Under the pieces are notes generated by a model. It ran no database searches and was not told the origin of the DNA. It saw only the letters and a program-made list of their open reading frames with translations. Of a DNA stretch of 64,000 bases, positions 15,501 through 30,000 are shown one piece after another (position 1 is the stretch's first letter; each line of letters starts with the position of its first letter). This DNA comes from Lingula anatina (lineage: Eukaryota > Animalia > Brachiopoda): the NCBI GenBank assembly GCA_051362555.1, contig CM120647.1, forward strand, positions 2,852,001 through 2,916,000. Reading direction: 5' to 3'. The position numbers were made by a program, and so were the translations under genes.

Positions 15501-18500
15501 TTGTGTTCATTGTCATTACAGGGCACGTTACAATTGTCAATGTACATACAAATATTTATTTTGATTACTGTGCATGTTTGTGTTGTCACTGTTCAAGTTT
15601 GTATTTATTGTCAGCACTGTGTATGTCATTTTTATCACTCTATTTGTTTATTATTATTATTACTATTGCGCTGCATGATGGTGTTGTCAGTGTATGTCTA
15701 TGTGTCTTTTTATATTGGGTTTGCTGTGTCCATTCTATATTGTTACTAAATGTGTTTTTATATATTGAGATGAATGTAAACGGCTATGTTTACACTTTCT
15801 TTCTTTGTGCTCATTGTCATTAAGGTGCACGTTACAATTGTCAATGTACATACAAATATTTATTTTGATCACTGTGTATGTTTGTGTTGTTACTGTTTGT
15901 GTCTGCATACGATACTGGGCACTGTGTAAGTCTGTTTGTCCTATTTGTTTGTAATCATTATAAATTACTGTGCATGTTTATGGTGTCATTGTTTTTGTTT
16001 GTATTTATTATGATCACTGTCTATGTTTGGATCATTACTGATGATGTTAGTATTTATTGTGAGCACTGTGCATGTCAGTATTGTCACTTTATTTGGTTGT
16101 AATCATTACTATTGCGCTGAATAATGCTGTTGTCAATGTATGCCTTTGTGTCTCTTTATATTATGTTTGCTGTGTTCATTCTGTATTGTTACTGAATGTT
16201 TCTGTATATATTGTGATGAATGTGTACAGCTATGTTTTCACTCATTTTCCTTGTATTTGTTGTCATTACAGTGCACGTTACTGTTGTCACTATTCATTTT
16301 AATATTTATTTGGATCACTGTGTATATCTGTTTTCACTATATCACTGATTACTGTGTATGACTGTGTTATCACCCAATTAATTTGTGTTCATTCTGGTAA
16401 CTGTGCATGGTTGTGTCACTTGTGTACATGTCAAATTCTTTTGTGAATCACTGTACGTGTAGTCTGTAAGGTGCACGTTACAATTGTCAATGTACTTACA
16501 AATATTTATTTTGATCACTGTGTATGTTTGTGTTGTTACTGTTTGTGTCTGCATACGATACTGAGCACTGTGTAAGTCTGTTTGTCATATTTGTTTGTAA
16601 TCATTATCAATTACTGTGCATGTTTATGCTAACATTGTTTGTGTTTGTATTTATTATGATCACTGTGTATGTTTGTGTCATTACTGTTAATGTTTGTATT
16701 TATTATAAGCACTATATATGTCGATTTTGTCACTCTATTTGTTTATAATCATTACTATTGAGCTGAATGATGGTGTTGTCAATGTATGTCTATGGGTCTG
16801 CTTATATTGTGTTTGCTGTGTCCATTCTATATTGTTACTGAATGTGTTTGTATATATTGTGAAGAATGTGTACAGCTATGTTTTCACTCATTTTTCTTGT
16901 ATTTGTTGTCATTACAGTGCACGTTACTGTTGTCACTGTAAATGTTAATATTTATTTCAATTAATTGCTGATTGCTGTGTATGACTGTTTAATTACACAA
17001 TTTATTTGTGTTCATTCTGGTAACTGTGCATGGTTTTGTCACTGTACATGTCAAAATTTTTTGTGATCACTGTGTAGTCTGTATTTTGACAGTGTTTGTA
17101 TTTATTTTGATTACTGTGCATGTTTGTGCTATCACTGTTCGAGTATGTATTTATTCTCAGCACTATGTATGTCAGTTTTGTCACTCTATTTGTTTGTAAT
17201 CATTACTATTGCGCTGCATGATGGTGTTGTCAATGTATGTCTATGTGTCTGTTTATATTGTGTTTGCTGTGTCCATTCTATATTGTTACTGAATGTGTTT
17301 TTATGAATGTGTACGGCTATGTTTTCTCTTTCTTTCCTTGTGTTCATTGTCATTATGGGGCACGTTACAATTGTCAATGTTCATGTAAATATTTATTTTG
17401 ATCACTGTGTATGTTTGTGTTGGTACTGTTTGTGTCTGCATGCTATTCTGAGCACTGTGTAAGTATGATTGTCCTATTTGTTTGTAATCATTATCAATTA
17501 CTGTGCATGTTTATGCTGTCATTGAATGTGTTAATTTGTATTTATTATGATCATGTCAGTATTGTCACTTTATTTGGTTGTAATCATTACTATTGTGCTG
17601 AATAATGGTGTTGTCAATGTATGCCTTTGTGTCTCTTTATATTGTGTTTGCTGTGTTCATTCTGTATTGTTACTGAATGTGTTTGTATATATTGTGAAGA
17701 ATGTGTACAGCTATGTTTTCACTCATTTTTCTTGTATTTGTTGTCATTACAGTGCACGTTACTGTTGTCACTGTAAATGTTAATATTTATTTCAATTAAT
17801 TGCTGATTGCTGTGTATGACTGTTTAATTACACAATTTATTTGTGTTCATTCTGGTAACTGTGCATGGTTTTGTCACTGTACATGTCAATATTTTTTGTG
17901 ATCACTGTGTAGTCTGTATTGTGACTGTGTTTGTTTGTATTTATTTTGATTACTGTACATATTTGTGCTGTCACTGTTCGAGTATGTATTTATTCTCAGC
18001 ACTATGTATGTCAGTTTGTCGCTCTATTTGTTTGTAATCATTACTATTGCGCTGCATGATGGTGTTGTCAATGTATGTCTATGTGTCTGTTTATATTGTG
18101 TTTGCTGTGTCCATTCTATATTGTTACTGAATGTGTGTGTATATATTGTGATAAATGTGTACGGCTATGTTTTCACTTTCTTTCCTTGTGTTCATTGTCA
18201 TTATGGGGCACGTTACAATTGTCAATGTTCATGTAAATATTTATTTTGATCACTGTGTATGTTTGTGTTGGTACTGTTTGTGTTTGCATACGATTCTGAG
18301 CACTGTGTAAGTCTGTTTGTCCTATTTTTTAAAATCATTATCGGTTACTGTGCATGTTTATGCTGTCATTGTTTGTGTTTGTATTTATTATCTGTATGTT
18401 TGTGTCATTAATGTTGATGTTTGTATTTATTGTGAGCACTTTGCATGTCAGTTTTGTCAATTTATTGTTTGTAATCATTTCTATTGCACTGATTAATGGT

Positions 18501-20516
18501 GTTGTCAATGTATGTCTATGTGTCTGTTTATATTGTGTTTGCTGTGTCCATTCTATATTGTTACTAAATGTGTTTGTATGTATTGTGATGAACGTGTACG
18601 ACTATGTTTTCACTTTCTTTCCTTGTGTTCATTGTCATTACAGGGCACGTTACAATTGTCAATGTTCATGTAAATATTTATTTTGATCATTGTGTATGTT
18701 TGTGTTGGTACTGTTTGTGTCTGCATGCTATTCTGAGCACTGTGTAAGTATGTTTGTCCTATTTGTTTGTAATCGTTATCAATTACTGTGCATGTTTATG
18801 CTGTCTTTGAATCTGTTAATTTGTATTTATTATGATCACTGTGTATGTTTGTAATCATTACTGATGATGTTAGTATTTATTGTGAGCACTTTGCATGTCA
18901 GTTTTGTCACTTTATTTGTTTGTAATCATTGCTATTGCGCTGCATGATGGTGTTGTCAATGTATGTCTATGTGTCTGTTTATATTGTGTTTGCTGTGTCC
19001 ATTCTATATTGTTACTGAATTTGTGTATATATATTGTGATGAATGTGTATGGCTATGTTTTCACTTTCTTTCCTTGTATTTGTTGTCATTACAGTGCACA
19101 TTACTGTTGTCACTGTACATTTTAATATTTATTTTGATCACTGTGTATATCTGTGTTTTCACTACATCACTGATCACTGTGTATGACTGTGTTATCACCC
19201 AATTAATTTGTGTTCATTCTGGTCACTCTGCATGGTTGTGTCATTTGTGTACATGTCAAATTCTTTTGTGATCACTGTACGTGTAGTCTGTATTGTGACT
19301 GTGTTTGTTTGAATATATTTTGATTACTGTGCATATTTGTGTTGTCACTGTTCAAGTTTGTATTTATTCTCAGCACTATGTATGTCAGTTTGTCACTCAA
19401 TTTGTTTGTTATCATTACTATTGCTCTGCATGATGGTGTTGTCAATGTATGTCTATGTGTCTGTTTATATTGTGTTTGCTGTGTCCATTCTATAATGTTA
19501 CTGAATGTGTGTGTATATATTGTGATAAATGTGTACGGCTATGTTTTCACTTTCTTTCCTTGTGTTCATTGTCATTATGGGGCACGTTACAATTGTCAAT
19601 GTTCATGTAAATATTTATTTTGATCACTATGTATGTTTGTGTTGGTACTGTTTGTGTTTGCATACGATTCTGAGCACTGTGTAATTCTGTTTGTCCTATT
19701 TTTTTTAATCATTATCGGTTACTGTGCATGTTTATGCTGTCATTATTTGTGTTTGTATTTATTATCTGTATGTTTGTGTCATTAATGTTGATGTTTGTAT
19801 TTATTGTTAGCACTTTGCATGTCAGTTTTGTCAATTTATTGTTTGTAATCATTACTATTGCACTGATTAATGGTGTTGTCAATGTATGTCTATGTGTCTG
19901 TTTATATTGTGTTTGCTGTGTCCATTCTATATTGTTACTAAATGAGTTTGTATGTATTGTGATGAACGTGTACGACTATGTTTTCACTTTCTTTCCTTGT
20001 GTTCTTTGTCATTAAGGTGCATGTTACAATTATCAATGTTCATGTAAATATTTATTTTGATCACTGTGTATATCTCTGTTTTCACTACATCACTGATCAC
20101 TGTGTATGACTGTTTAATTACCCAATTTATTTGTGTTCATTCTGGTAACTGAGCATGGTTTTGTCACTGTACATGTCAATATTTTTTGTGATCACTGTGT
20201 AGTCTGTATTGTGAATGTGTTTGTTTGTATTTATTTTGATTACTGTACATATTTGTGCTGTCACTGTTCGAGTATGTATTTATTGTCAGCACTGTGTATG
20301 TCAGTTTTGTCACTTAATTTGTTTGTAATCATTGCTATTGCGCTGCATGATGGTGTTGTCAATGTATGTCTATGTGTCTGTTTATATTGTGTTTGCTGTG
20401 TCCAATCTATATTGTTACTGAATGTGTGTATATATATTGTGATGAATGTGTATGGCTATGTTTTCACTTTCTTTCCTTGTGTTCATTGTCATTACAGGGC
20501 ACGTTACAATTGTCAA
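12576..20516 (+). repeat. ~3 kb block duplicated at a 4,976 bp offset (about 12576-15540 and 17552-20516); much of it is also present 11,717 bp upstream
   Basis: ORF pairs 12867/17843, 13378/18354, 13919/18895, 14752/19728 and 15157/20133 are all +4976. Pairs 1150/12867, 1661/13378, 2202/13919 and 2646/14363 are all +11717. Confidence 0.88.
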
Positions 20517-21078
20517 TGTTCATGTAAATATTTATTTTGATCACTATGTATGTTTGTGTTGGTACTGTTTGTGTCTGCATACTATTCTGAGCACTGTGTA
20601 AGTATGTTTGTCCTATTTGTTTGTAATCATTATCAATTACTGTGCATGTTTATGCTGTCATTGAATCTGTTAATTTGTATTTATTATGATCACTGTGTAT
20701 GTTTGTAATCATTACTGATGATGTTAGTATTTATTATGAGGACTTTGCATGTCAGTTTTGTCACTTTATTTGTTTGTAATCATTATCATTGCGCTGAATA
20801 ATAGTGCTGTCAATGAATGTCTTTGTGTCTGATAATATTTAATATTATTTGCTGTGTCCATTCCGTATTATTACTGAATGAGTTTGTATATATTGTGAAG
20901 AATGTGTACAGCTATGTTTTCACTCATTTTCCTTGTATTTGTTGTCATTACAGTGCACGTTACTCTTGTCACTATACATTTTAATATTTATTTGGATCAC
21001 TGTGTATATCTGTGTTTTCACTACATCACTGATCACTGTGTATGACTGTGTAATCACCCAATTAATTTGTGTTCATTC

Positions 21079-24000
21079 GTTACTGTTGTCACTGTACATT
21101 TTAATATTTATTTTGATCACTGTGTATATCTGTGTTTTCACTACATCACTGATCACTGTGTATGACTGTGTTATCACCCAATTAATTTGTGTTCATTCTG
21201 GTAACTGTGCATGGTTGTGTCACTTGTGTACATGTCAAATTCTTTTGTGAATCACTGTATGTGTAGTCTGTATTGTGACTGTGTTTGTTTGAATATATTT
21301 TGATTACTGTGCATATTTGTGTTGTCACTGTTCAAGTTTGTATTTATTCTCAGCACTATGTATGTCAGTTTGTCGCTCAATTTGTTTGTTATCATTACTA
21401 TTGCGCTGCATGATGGTGTTGTTAATGTATGTCTATGTGTCTGTTTATATTGTGTTTGCTGTGTCCATTCTATATTGTTACTGAATGTGTGTGTATATAT
21501 TGTGATAAATGTGTACGGCTATGTTTTCACTTTCTTTCCTTGTGTTCATTGTCATTATGGGGCACGTTACAATTGTCAATGTTCATGTAAATATTTATTT
21601 TGATCACTGTGTATGTTTGTGCTGTTACTGTTTGTATCTGCATATGATTCTGAGCACTGTGTAAGTCTGTTTGTCCTATTTGTTTGTAATCATTATCAAT
21701 TACTGTGCATGTTTATGCTGTCAATGTTTGTGTTTGTATTTATTATGATCACTGTGTATGTTTGTGTCATTAATGTTAATGTTTGTATTTATTGTGAGCA
21801 CTGTGCATGTCAGTATTGTCACTTTATTTGTTTGTAATCATTACTATTGTGCTGAATAATTGTGTGGTAAATATAGGTCTGTGTGTCTGTTTACATTATT
21901 TGCTGTGTCTACTCTGAATTCTTTCTGAATTTGTTTGTGTATATTGTGAGGAATGTGTACGCGTATGTTTTCACTGTTTTTCCTTGTATTTGTTGTCATT
22001 CTGGTGCATGTTATTGTTGTCAATGTACATGTTAATATATTTTGATCACTGTATATGTTTGTGTCATTACTGTTGGTGTTTGTATTTATTGTGAGCAGTG
22101 TGTATATCAGTTTTGTCACTCTATTTGTTTGTTATCATTACTATTGCGCTGCATTTTTATGTTGTCACTGTATATCTATGTGTCTGTTCATATTCTGTTT
22201 GCTGTGTCAATTTATTGTTTGTAATCATTACTATTGCACTGATTAATGGTGTTGTCAATGTATGTCTATGTGTCTGTTTATATTGTGTTTGCTGTGTCCA
22301 TTCTATATTGTTACTAAATGAGTTTGTATGTATTGTGATGAACGTGTACGACTATGTTTTCACTTTCTTTCCTTGTGTTCTTTGTCATTAAGGCGCATGT
22401 TACAATTATCAATGTTCATGTAAATATTTATTTTGATCACTGTGTATATCTCTGTTTTCACTACATCACTGATCACTGTGTATGACTGTTTAATTACCCA
22501 ATTTATTTGTGTTCATTCTGGTAACTGAGCATGGTTTTGTCACTGTACATGTCAATATTTTTTGTGATCACTGTGTAGTCTGTATTGTGAATGTGTTTGT
22601 TTGTATTTATTTTGATTACTGTACATATTTGTGCTGTCACTGTTTGAGTATGTATTTATTGTCAGCACTGTGTATGTCAGTTTTGTCACTTAATTTGTTT
22701 GTAATCATTGCTATTGCGCTGCATGATGGTGTTGTCAATGTATGTCTATGTGTCTGTTTATATTGTGTTTGCTGTGTCCAATCTATATTGTTACTGAATG
22801 TGTGTATATATATTGTGATGAATGTGTATGGCTATGTTTTCACTTTCTTTCCTTGTGTTCATTGTCATTACAGGGCACGTTACAATTGTCAATGTTCATG
22901 TAAATATTTATTTTGATCACTATGTATGTTTGTGTTGGTACTGTTTGTGTCTGCATACTATTCTGAGCACTGTGTAAGTATGTTTGTCCTATTTGTTTGT
23001 AATCATTATCAATTACTGTGCATGTTTATGCTGTCATTGAATCTGTTAATTTGTATTTATTATGATCACTGTGTATGTTTGTAATCATTACTGATGATGT
23101 TAGTATTTATTATGAGGACTTTGCATGTCAGTTTTGTCACTTTATTTGTTTGTAATCATTATCATTGCGCTGAATAATAGTGCTGTCAATGAATGTCTTT
23201 GTGTCTGATAATATTTAATATTATTTGCTGTGTCCATTCCGTATTATTACTGAATGAGTTTGTATATATTGTGAAGAATGTGTACAGCTATGTTTTCACT
23301 CATTTTCCTTGTATTTGTTGTCATTACAGTGCACGTTACTCTTGTCACTATACATTTTAATATTTATTTGGATCACTGTGTATATCTGTGTTTTCACTAC
23401 ATCACTGATCACTGTGTATGACTGTGTAATCACCCAATTAATTTGTGTTCATTCTGGTAACTGTGCATGGTTGTGTCACTTGTGTACATGTCAAATTCTT
23501 TTGTGAATCACTGTACGTGTAGTCTGTATTGTGACTGTGTTTGTTTGTATTTATTTTGATTACTGTGCATATTTGTGTTGTCACTGTTCAAATTTGTATT
23601 TATTGTCAACACTGTGTATGTCAGTTTTGTCATTTTATTTGTTTGTAATCATTGCTATTGCGCTGCATGATGGTGTTGTCAATGTATGTCTATGTGTCTG
23701 TTTATATTGTGTTTGCTGTGTTCATTCTGTATTGTTACTGAATGTGTTTGTATATATTGTGATGAATATGTATGGCTATGTTTACACTTCTTTCATTGTG
23801 TTCATTGTCATTAAGGTGCACGTTACAATTGTCAATGTACATACAAATATTTATTTTGATCACTGTGTATGTTTGTGTTGTTACTGTTTGTGTCTGCATA
23901 CGATACTGAGCACTGTGTAAGTCTGGTTGTCTTATTTGTTTGTAATCATTGTAAATTACTGTTCATGTTTTCGCTGTCATTGTTTGTGTTTGTATTTATT

Positions 24001-27000
24001 ATGATCACTGTGTATGTTTGCATCATTACTGATGATGTTTGTATTTATTGTGAGCACTGTGCATGTCAGTATTGTCACTTTATTTGGTTGTAATCATTAC
24101 TATTGTGCTGAATAATGCTGTTGTCAATGTATGCCTTTGTGTCTCTTTATATTGTGTTTGCTGTGTTCATTCTGTATTGTTACTGAATGTTTTTGTATAT
24201 ATTGTGATGAATGTGTATGGCTATGTTTTCTCTTTTTTCCTTGTGTTCATTGTCATTATGGGGTACATTACAATTGTCAATGTACATGTAAATATTTATT
24301 TTGATCACTGTGTATGTTTGTGCTCTTACTGTTTGTATCTGCATACGATTCTGAGCACTGTGTATGTCTGTTTGTCCTATTTGTTTGTAATCATTATCAA
24401 TTACTGTGCATGTTTATGCTGTCAATGTTTGTGTTTGTATTTATTATGATCACTGTGTATGTTTTTGTCATTAATGTTAAAGTTTGTATTTATTGTGAGC
24501 ACTGTGCATGTCAGTATTGTCACTTTATTTGTTTGTAATCATTACTATTGTGCTGAATAATTGTGTGGTAAATATAGGTCTGTGTGTCTGTTTATATTAT
24601 TTGTTGTGTCTACTCTGAATTCTTTCTGAATTTGTTTGTGTATATTGTGAGGAATGTGTACGCCTATGTTTTCACTGTTTTTCCTTGTATTTGTTGTCAT
24701 TCTGGTGCATGTTATTGTTGTCAATGTACATGTTAATATATTTTGATCACTGTATATGTTTGTGTCATTACTGTTGGTGTTTGTATTTATTGTGAGCAGT
24801 GTGTATATCAGTTTTGTCACTCTATTTGTTTGTTATCATTACTATTGCGCTGCATTTTTATGTTGTCACTGTATATCTATGTGTCTGTTCATATTCTGTT
24901 TGCTGTGTCTATTCTGTATTGTTACTGAATGTGTTTATAAATATTGTATTAGCAGTGTAGGGCTTCTTCAATCTTTTTCCTTGTGTTCATTCTGGTAACT
25001 GTGCATGGCTGTGTCACTGTACATGTCAAATTTTTTTGTGATCACTGTGTAGCCTGTATTGTGTCTGTGTTTGTATTTATTTTGATTACTGTGCATGTTT
25101 GTGTTGTCACTGTTCAAGTTTGTATTTATTGTCAGCACTGTGTATGTCAGTTTTGTCACTCTATTTGTTTATTATTATTATTATTACTATTGCGCTGCAT
25201 GATGGTGTTGTCAGTGTATGTCTATGTGTCTTTTTATATTGGGTTTGCTGTGTCCATTCTATATTGTTACTAAATGTGTTTTTATATATTGAGATGAATG
25301 TAAACGGCTATGTTTACACTTTCTTTCTTTGTGCTCATTGTCATTAAGGTGCACGTTACAATTGTCAATGTACATACAAATATTTATTTTGATCACTGTG
25401 TATGTTTGTGTTGGTACTGTTTGTGTCTGCATGCTATTCTGAGCACTGTGTAAGTATGATTGTCCTATTTGTTTGTAATCATTATCAATTACTGTGCATG
25501 TTTATGCTGTCATTGAATGTGTTAATTTGTATTTATTATGATCATTGTGTATGTTTGCATAATTACTGATGATGTTAGTATTTATTGTGAGCACTGTGCA
25601 TGTCAGTTTTGTCACTTTATTTGTTTGTAATCATTACTATTGCGCTGAATAATGCTGTCGTCAATGAATGTCTTTGTGTCTGTTAATATTATTTGCTGTG
25701 TACATTCTGTATTGTTACTGAATGAGTATGTATATAATGTGAAGAATGTGTACAGCTATGTTTTCACTCATTTTCCTTGTATTTGTTGTCATTACAGTGC
25801 ACGTTACTGTTGTCACTGTACATTTTAATATTTATTTTGATCACTGTGTATATCTGTGTTTTCACTACATCACTGATCACTGTGTATGACTGTGTTATCA
25901 CCCAATTAATTTGTGTTCATTCTGGTAACTGTGCATGGTTGTGTCACTTGTGTACATGTCAAATTCTTTTGTGAATCACTGTATGTGTAGTCTGTATTGT
26001 GACTGTGTTTGTTTGAATATATTTTGATTACTGTGCATATTTGTGTTGTCACTGTTCAAGTTTGTATTTATTCTCAGCACTATGTATGTCAGTTTGTCGC
26101 TCAATTTGTTTGTTATCATTACTATTGCGCTGCATGATGGTGTTGTCAATGTATGTCTATGTGTCTGTTTATATTGTGTTTGCTGTGTCCATTCTATATT
26201 GTTACTGAATGTGTGTGTATATATTGTGATAAATGTGTACGGCTATGTTTTCACTTTCTTTCCTTGTGTTCATTGTCATTATGGGGCACGTTACAATTGT
26301 CAATGTTCATGTAAATATTTATTTTGATCACTGTGTATGTTTGTGCTGTTACTGTTTGTATCTGCATATGATTCTGAGCACTGTGTAAGTCTGTTTGTCC
26401 TATTTGTTTGTAATCATTATCAATTACTGTGCATGTTTATGCTGTCAATGTTTGTGTTTGTATTTATTATGATCACTGTGTATGTTTGTGTCATTAATGT
26501 TAATGTTTGTATTTATTGTGAGCACTGTGCATGTCAGTATTGTCACTTTATTTGTTTGTAATCATTACTATTGTGCTGAATAATTGTGTGGTAAATATAG
26601 GTCTGTGTGTCTGTTTACATTATTTGCTGTGTCTACTCTGAATTCTTTCTGAATTTGTTTGTGTATATTGTGAGGAATGTGTACGCGTATGTTTTCACTG
26701 TTTTTCCTTGTATTTGTTGTCATTCTGGTGCATGTTATTGTTGTCAATGTACATGTTAATATATTTTGATCACTGTATATGTTTGTGTCATTACTGTTGG
26801 TGTTTGTATTTATTGTGAGCAGTGTGTATATCAGTTTTGTCACTCTATTTGTTTGTTATCATTACTATTGCGCTGCATTTTTATGTTGTCACTGTATATC
26901 TATGTGTCTGTTCATATTGTGTTTGCTGTGTCAATTTATTGTTTGTAATCATTACTATTGCACTGATTAATGGTGTTGTCAATGTATGTCTATGTGTCTG

Positions 27001-30000
27001 TTTATATTGTGTTTGCTGTGTCCATTCTATATTGTTACTAAATGAGTTTGTATGTATTGTGATGAACGTGTACGACTATGTTTTCACTTTCTTTCCTTGT
27101 GTTCTTTGTCATTAAGGTGCATGTTACAATTATCAATGTTCATGTAAATATTTATTTTGATCACTGTGTATATCTCTGTTTTCACTACATCACTGATCAC
27201 TGTGTATGACTGTTTAATTACCCAATTTATTTGTGTTCATTCTGGTAACTGAGCATGGTTTTGTCACTGTACATGTCAATATTTTTTGTGATCACTGTGT
27301 AGTCTGTATTGTGAATGTGTTTGTTTGTATTTATTTTGATTACTGTACATATTTGTGCTGTCACTGTTCGAGTATGTATTTATTGTCAGCACTGTGTATG
27401 TCAGTTTTGTCACTTAATTTGTTTGTAATCATTGCTATTGCGCTGCATGATGGTGTTGTCAATGTATGTCTATGTGTCTGTTTATATTGTGTTTGCTGTG
27501 TCCAATCTATATTGTTACTGAATGTGTGTATATATATTGTGATGAATGTGTATGGCTATGTTTTCACTTTCTTTCCTTGTGTTCATTGTCATTACAGGGC
27601 ACGTTACAATTGTCAATGTTCATGTAAATATTTATTTTGATCACTATGTATGTTTGTGTTGGTACTGTTTGTGTCTGCATACTATTCTGAGCACTGTGTA
27701 AGTATGTTTGTCCTATTTGTTTGTAATCATTATCAATTACTGTGCATGTTTATGCTGTCATTGAATCTGTTAATTTGTATTTATTATGATCACTGTGTAT
27801 GTTTGTAATCATTACTGATGATGTTAGTATTTATTATGAGGACTTTGCATGTCAGTTTTGTCACTTTATTTGTTTGTAATCATTATCATTGCGCTGAATA
27901 ATAGTGCTGTCAATGAATGTCTTTGTGTCTGATAATATTTAATATTATTTGCTGTGTCCATTCCGTATTATTACTGAATGAGTTTGTATATATTGTGAAG
28001 AATGTGTACAGCTATGTTTTCACTCATTTTCCTTGTATTTGTTGTCATTACAGTGCACGTTACTCTTGTCACTATACATTTTAATATTTATTTGGATCAC
28101 TGTGTATATCTGTGTTTTCACTACATCACTGATCACTGTGTATGACTGTGTAATCACCCAATTAATTTGTGTTCATTCTGGTAACTGTGCATGGTTGTGT
28201 CACTTGTGTACATGTCAAATTCTTTTGTGAATCACTGTACGTGTAGTCTGTATTGTGACTGTGTTTGTTTGTATTTATTTTGATTACTGTGCATATTTGT
28301 GTTGTCACTGTTCAAATTTGTATTTATTGTCAACACTGTGTATGTCAGTTTTGTCATTTTATTTGTTTGTAATCATTGCTATTGCGCTGCATGATGGTGT
28401 TGTCAATGTATGTCTATGTGTCTGTTTATATTGTGTTTGCTGTGTTCATTCTGTATTGTTACTGAATGTGTTTGTATATATTGTGATGAATATGTATGGC
28501 TATGTTTACACTTCTTTCATTGTGTTCATTGTCATTAAGGTGCACGTTACAATTGTCAATGTACATACAAATATTTATTTTGATCACTGTGTATGTTTGT
28601 GTTGTTACTGTTTGTGTCTGCATACGATACTGAGCACTGTGTAAGTCTGGTTGTCTTATTTGTTTGTAATCATTGTAAATTACTGTTCATGTTTTCGCTG
28701 TCATTGTTTGTGTTTGTATTTATTATGATCACTGTGTATGTTTGCATCATTACTGATGATGTTTGTATTTATTGTGAGCACTGTGCATGTCAGTATTGTC
28801 ACTTTATTTGGTTGTAATCATTACTATTGTGCTGAATAATGCTGTTGTCAATGTATGCCTTTGTGTCTCTTTATATTGTGTTTGCTGTGTTCATTCTGTA
28901 TTGTTACTGAATGTTTTTGTATATATTGTGATGAATGTGTATGGCTATGTTTTCTCTTTTTTCCTTGTGTTCATTGTCATTATGGGGTACATTACAATTG
29001 TCAATGTACATGTAAATATTTATTTTGATCACTGTGTATGTTTGTGCTCTTACTGTTTGTATCTGCATACGATTCTGAGCACTGTGTATGTCTGTTTGTC
29101 CTATTTGTTTGTAATCATTATCAATTACTGTGCATGTTTATGCTGTCAATGTTTGTGTTTGTATTTATTATGATCACTGTGTATGTTTTTGTCATTAATG
29201 TTAAAGTTTGTATTTATTGTGAGCACTGTGCATGTCAGTATTGTCACTTTATTTGTTTGTAATCATTACTATTGTGCTGAATAATTGTGTGGTAAATATA
29301 GGTCTGTGTGTCTGTTTATATTATTTGTTGTGTCTACTCTGAATTCTTTCTGAATTTGTTTGTGTATATTGTGAGGAATGTGTACGCCTATGTTTTCACT
29401 GTTTTTCCTTGTATTTGTTGTCATTCTGGTGCATGTTATTGTTGTCAATGTACATGTTAATATATTTTGATCACTGTATATGTTTGTGTCATTACTGTTG
29501 GTGTTTGTATTTATTGTGAGCAGTGTGTATATCAGTTTTGTCACTCTATTTGTTTGTTATCATTACTATTGCGCTGCATTTTTATGTTGTCACTGTATAT
29601 CTATGTGTCTGTTCATATTCTGTTTGCTGTGTCTATTCTGTATTGTTACTGAATGTGTTTATAAATATTGTATTAGCAGTGTAGGGCTTCTTCAATCTTT
29701 TTCCTTGTGTTCATTCTGGTAACTGTGCATGGCTGTGTCACTGTACATGTCAAATTTTTTTGTGATCACTGTGTAGCCTGTATTGTGTCTGTGTTTGTAT
29801 TTATTTTGATTACTGTGCATGTTTGTGTTGTCACTGTTCAAGTTTGTATTTATTGTCAGCACTGTGTATGTCAGTTTTGTCACTCTATTTGTTTATTATT
29901 ATTATTATTACTATTGCGCTGCATGATGGTGTTGTCAGTGTATGTCTATGTGTCTTTTTATATTGGGTTTGCTGTGTCCATTCTATATTGTTACTAAATG

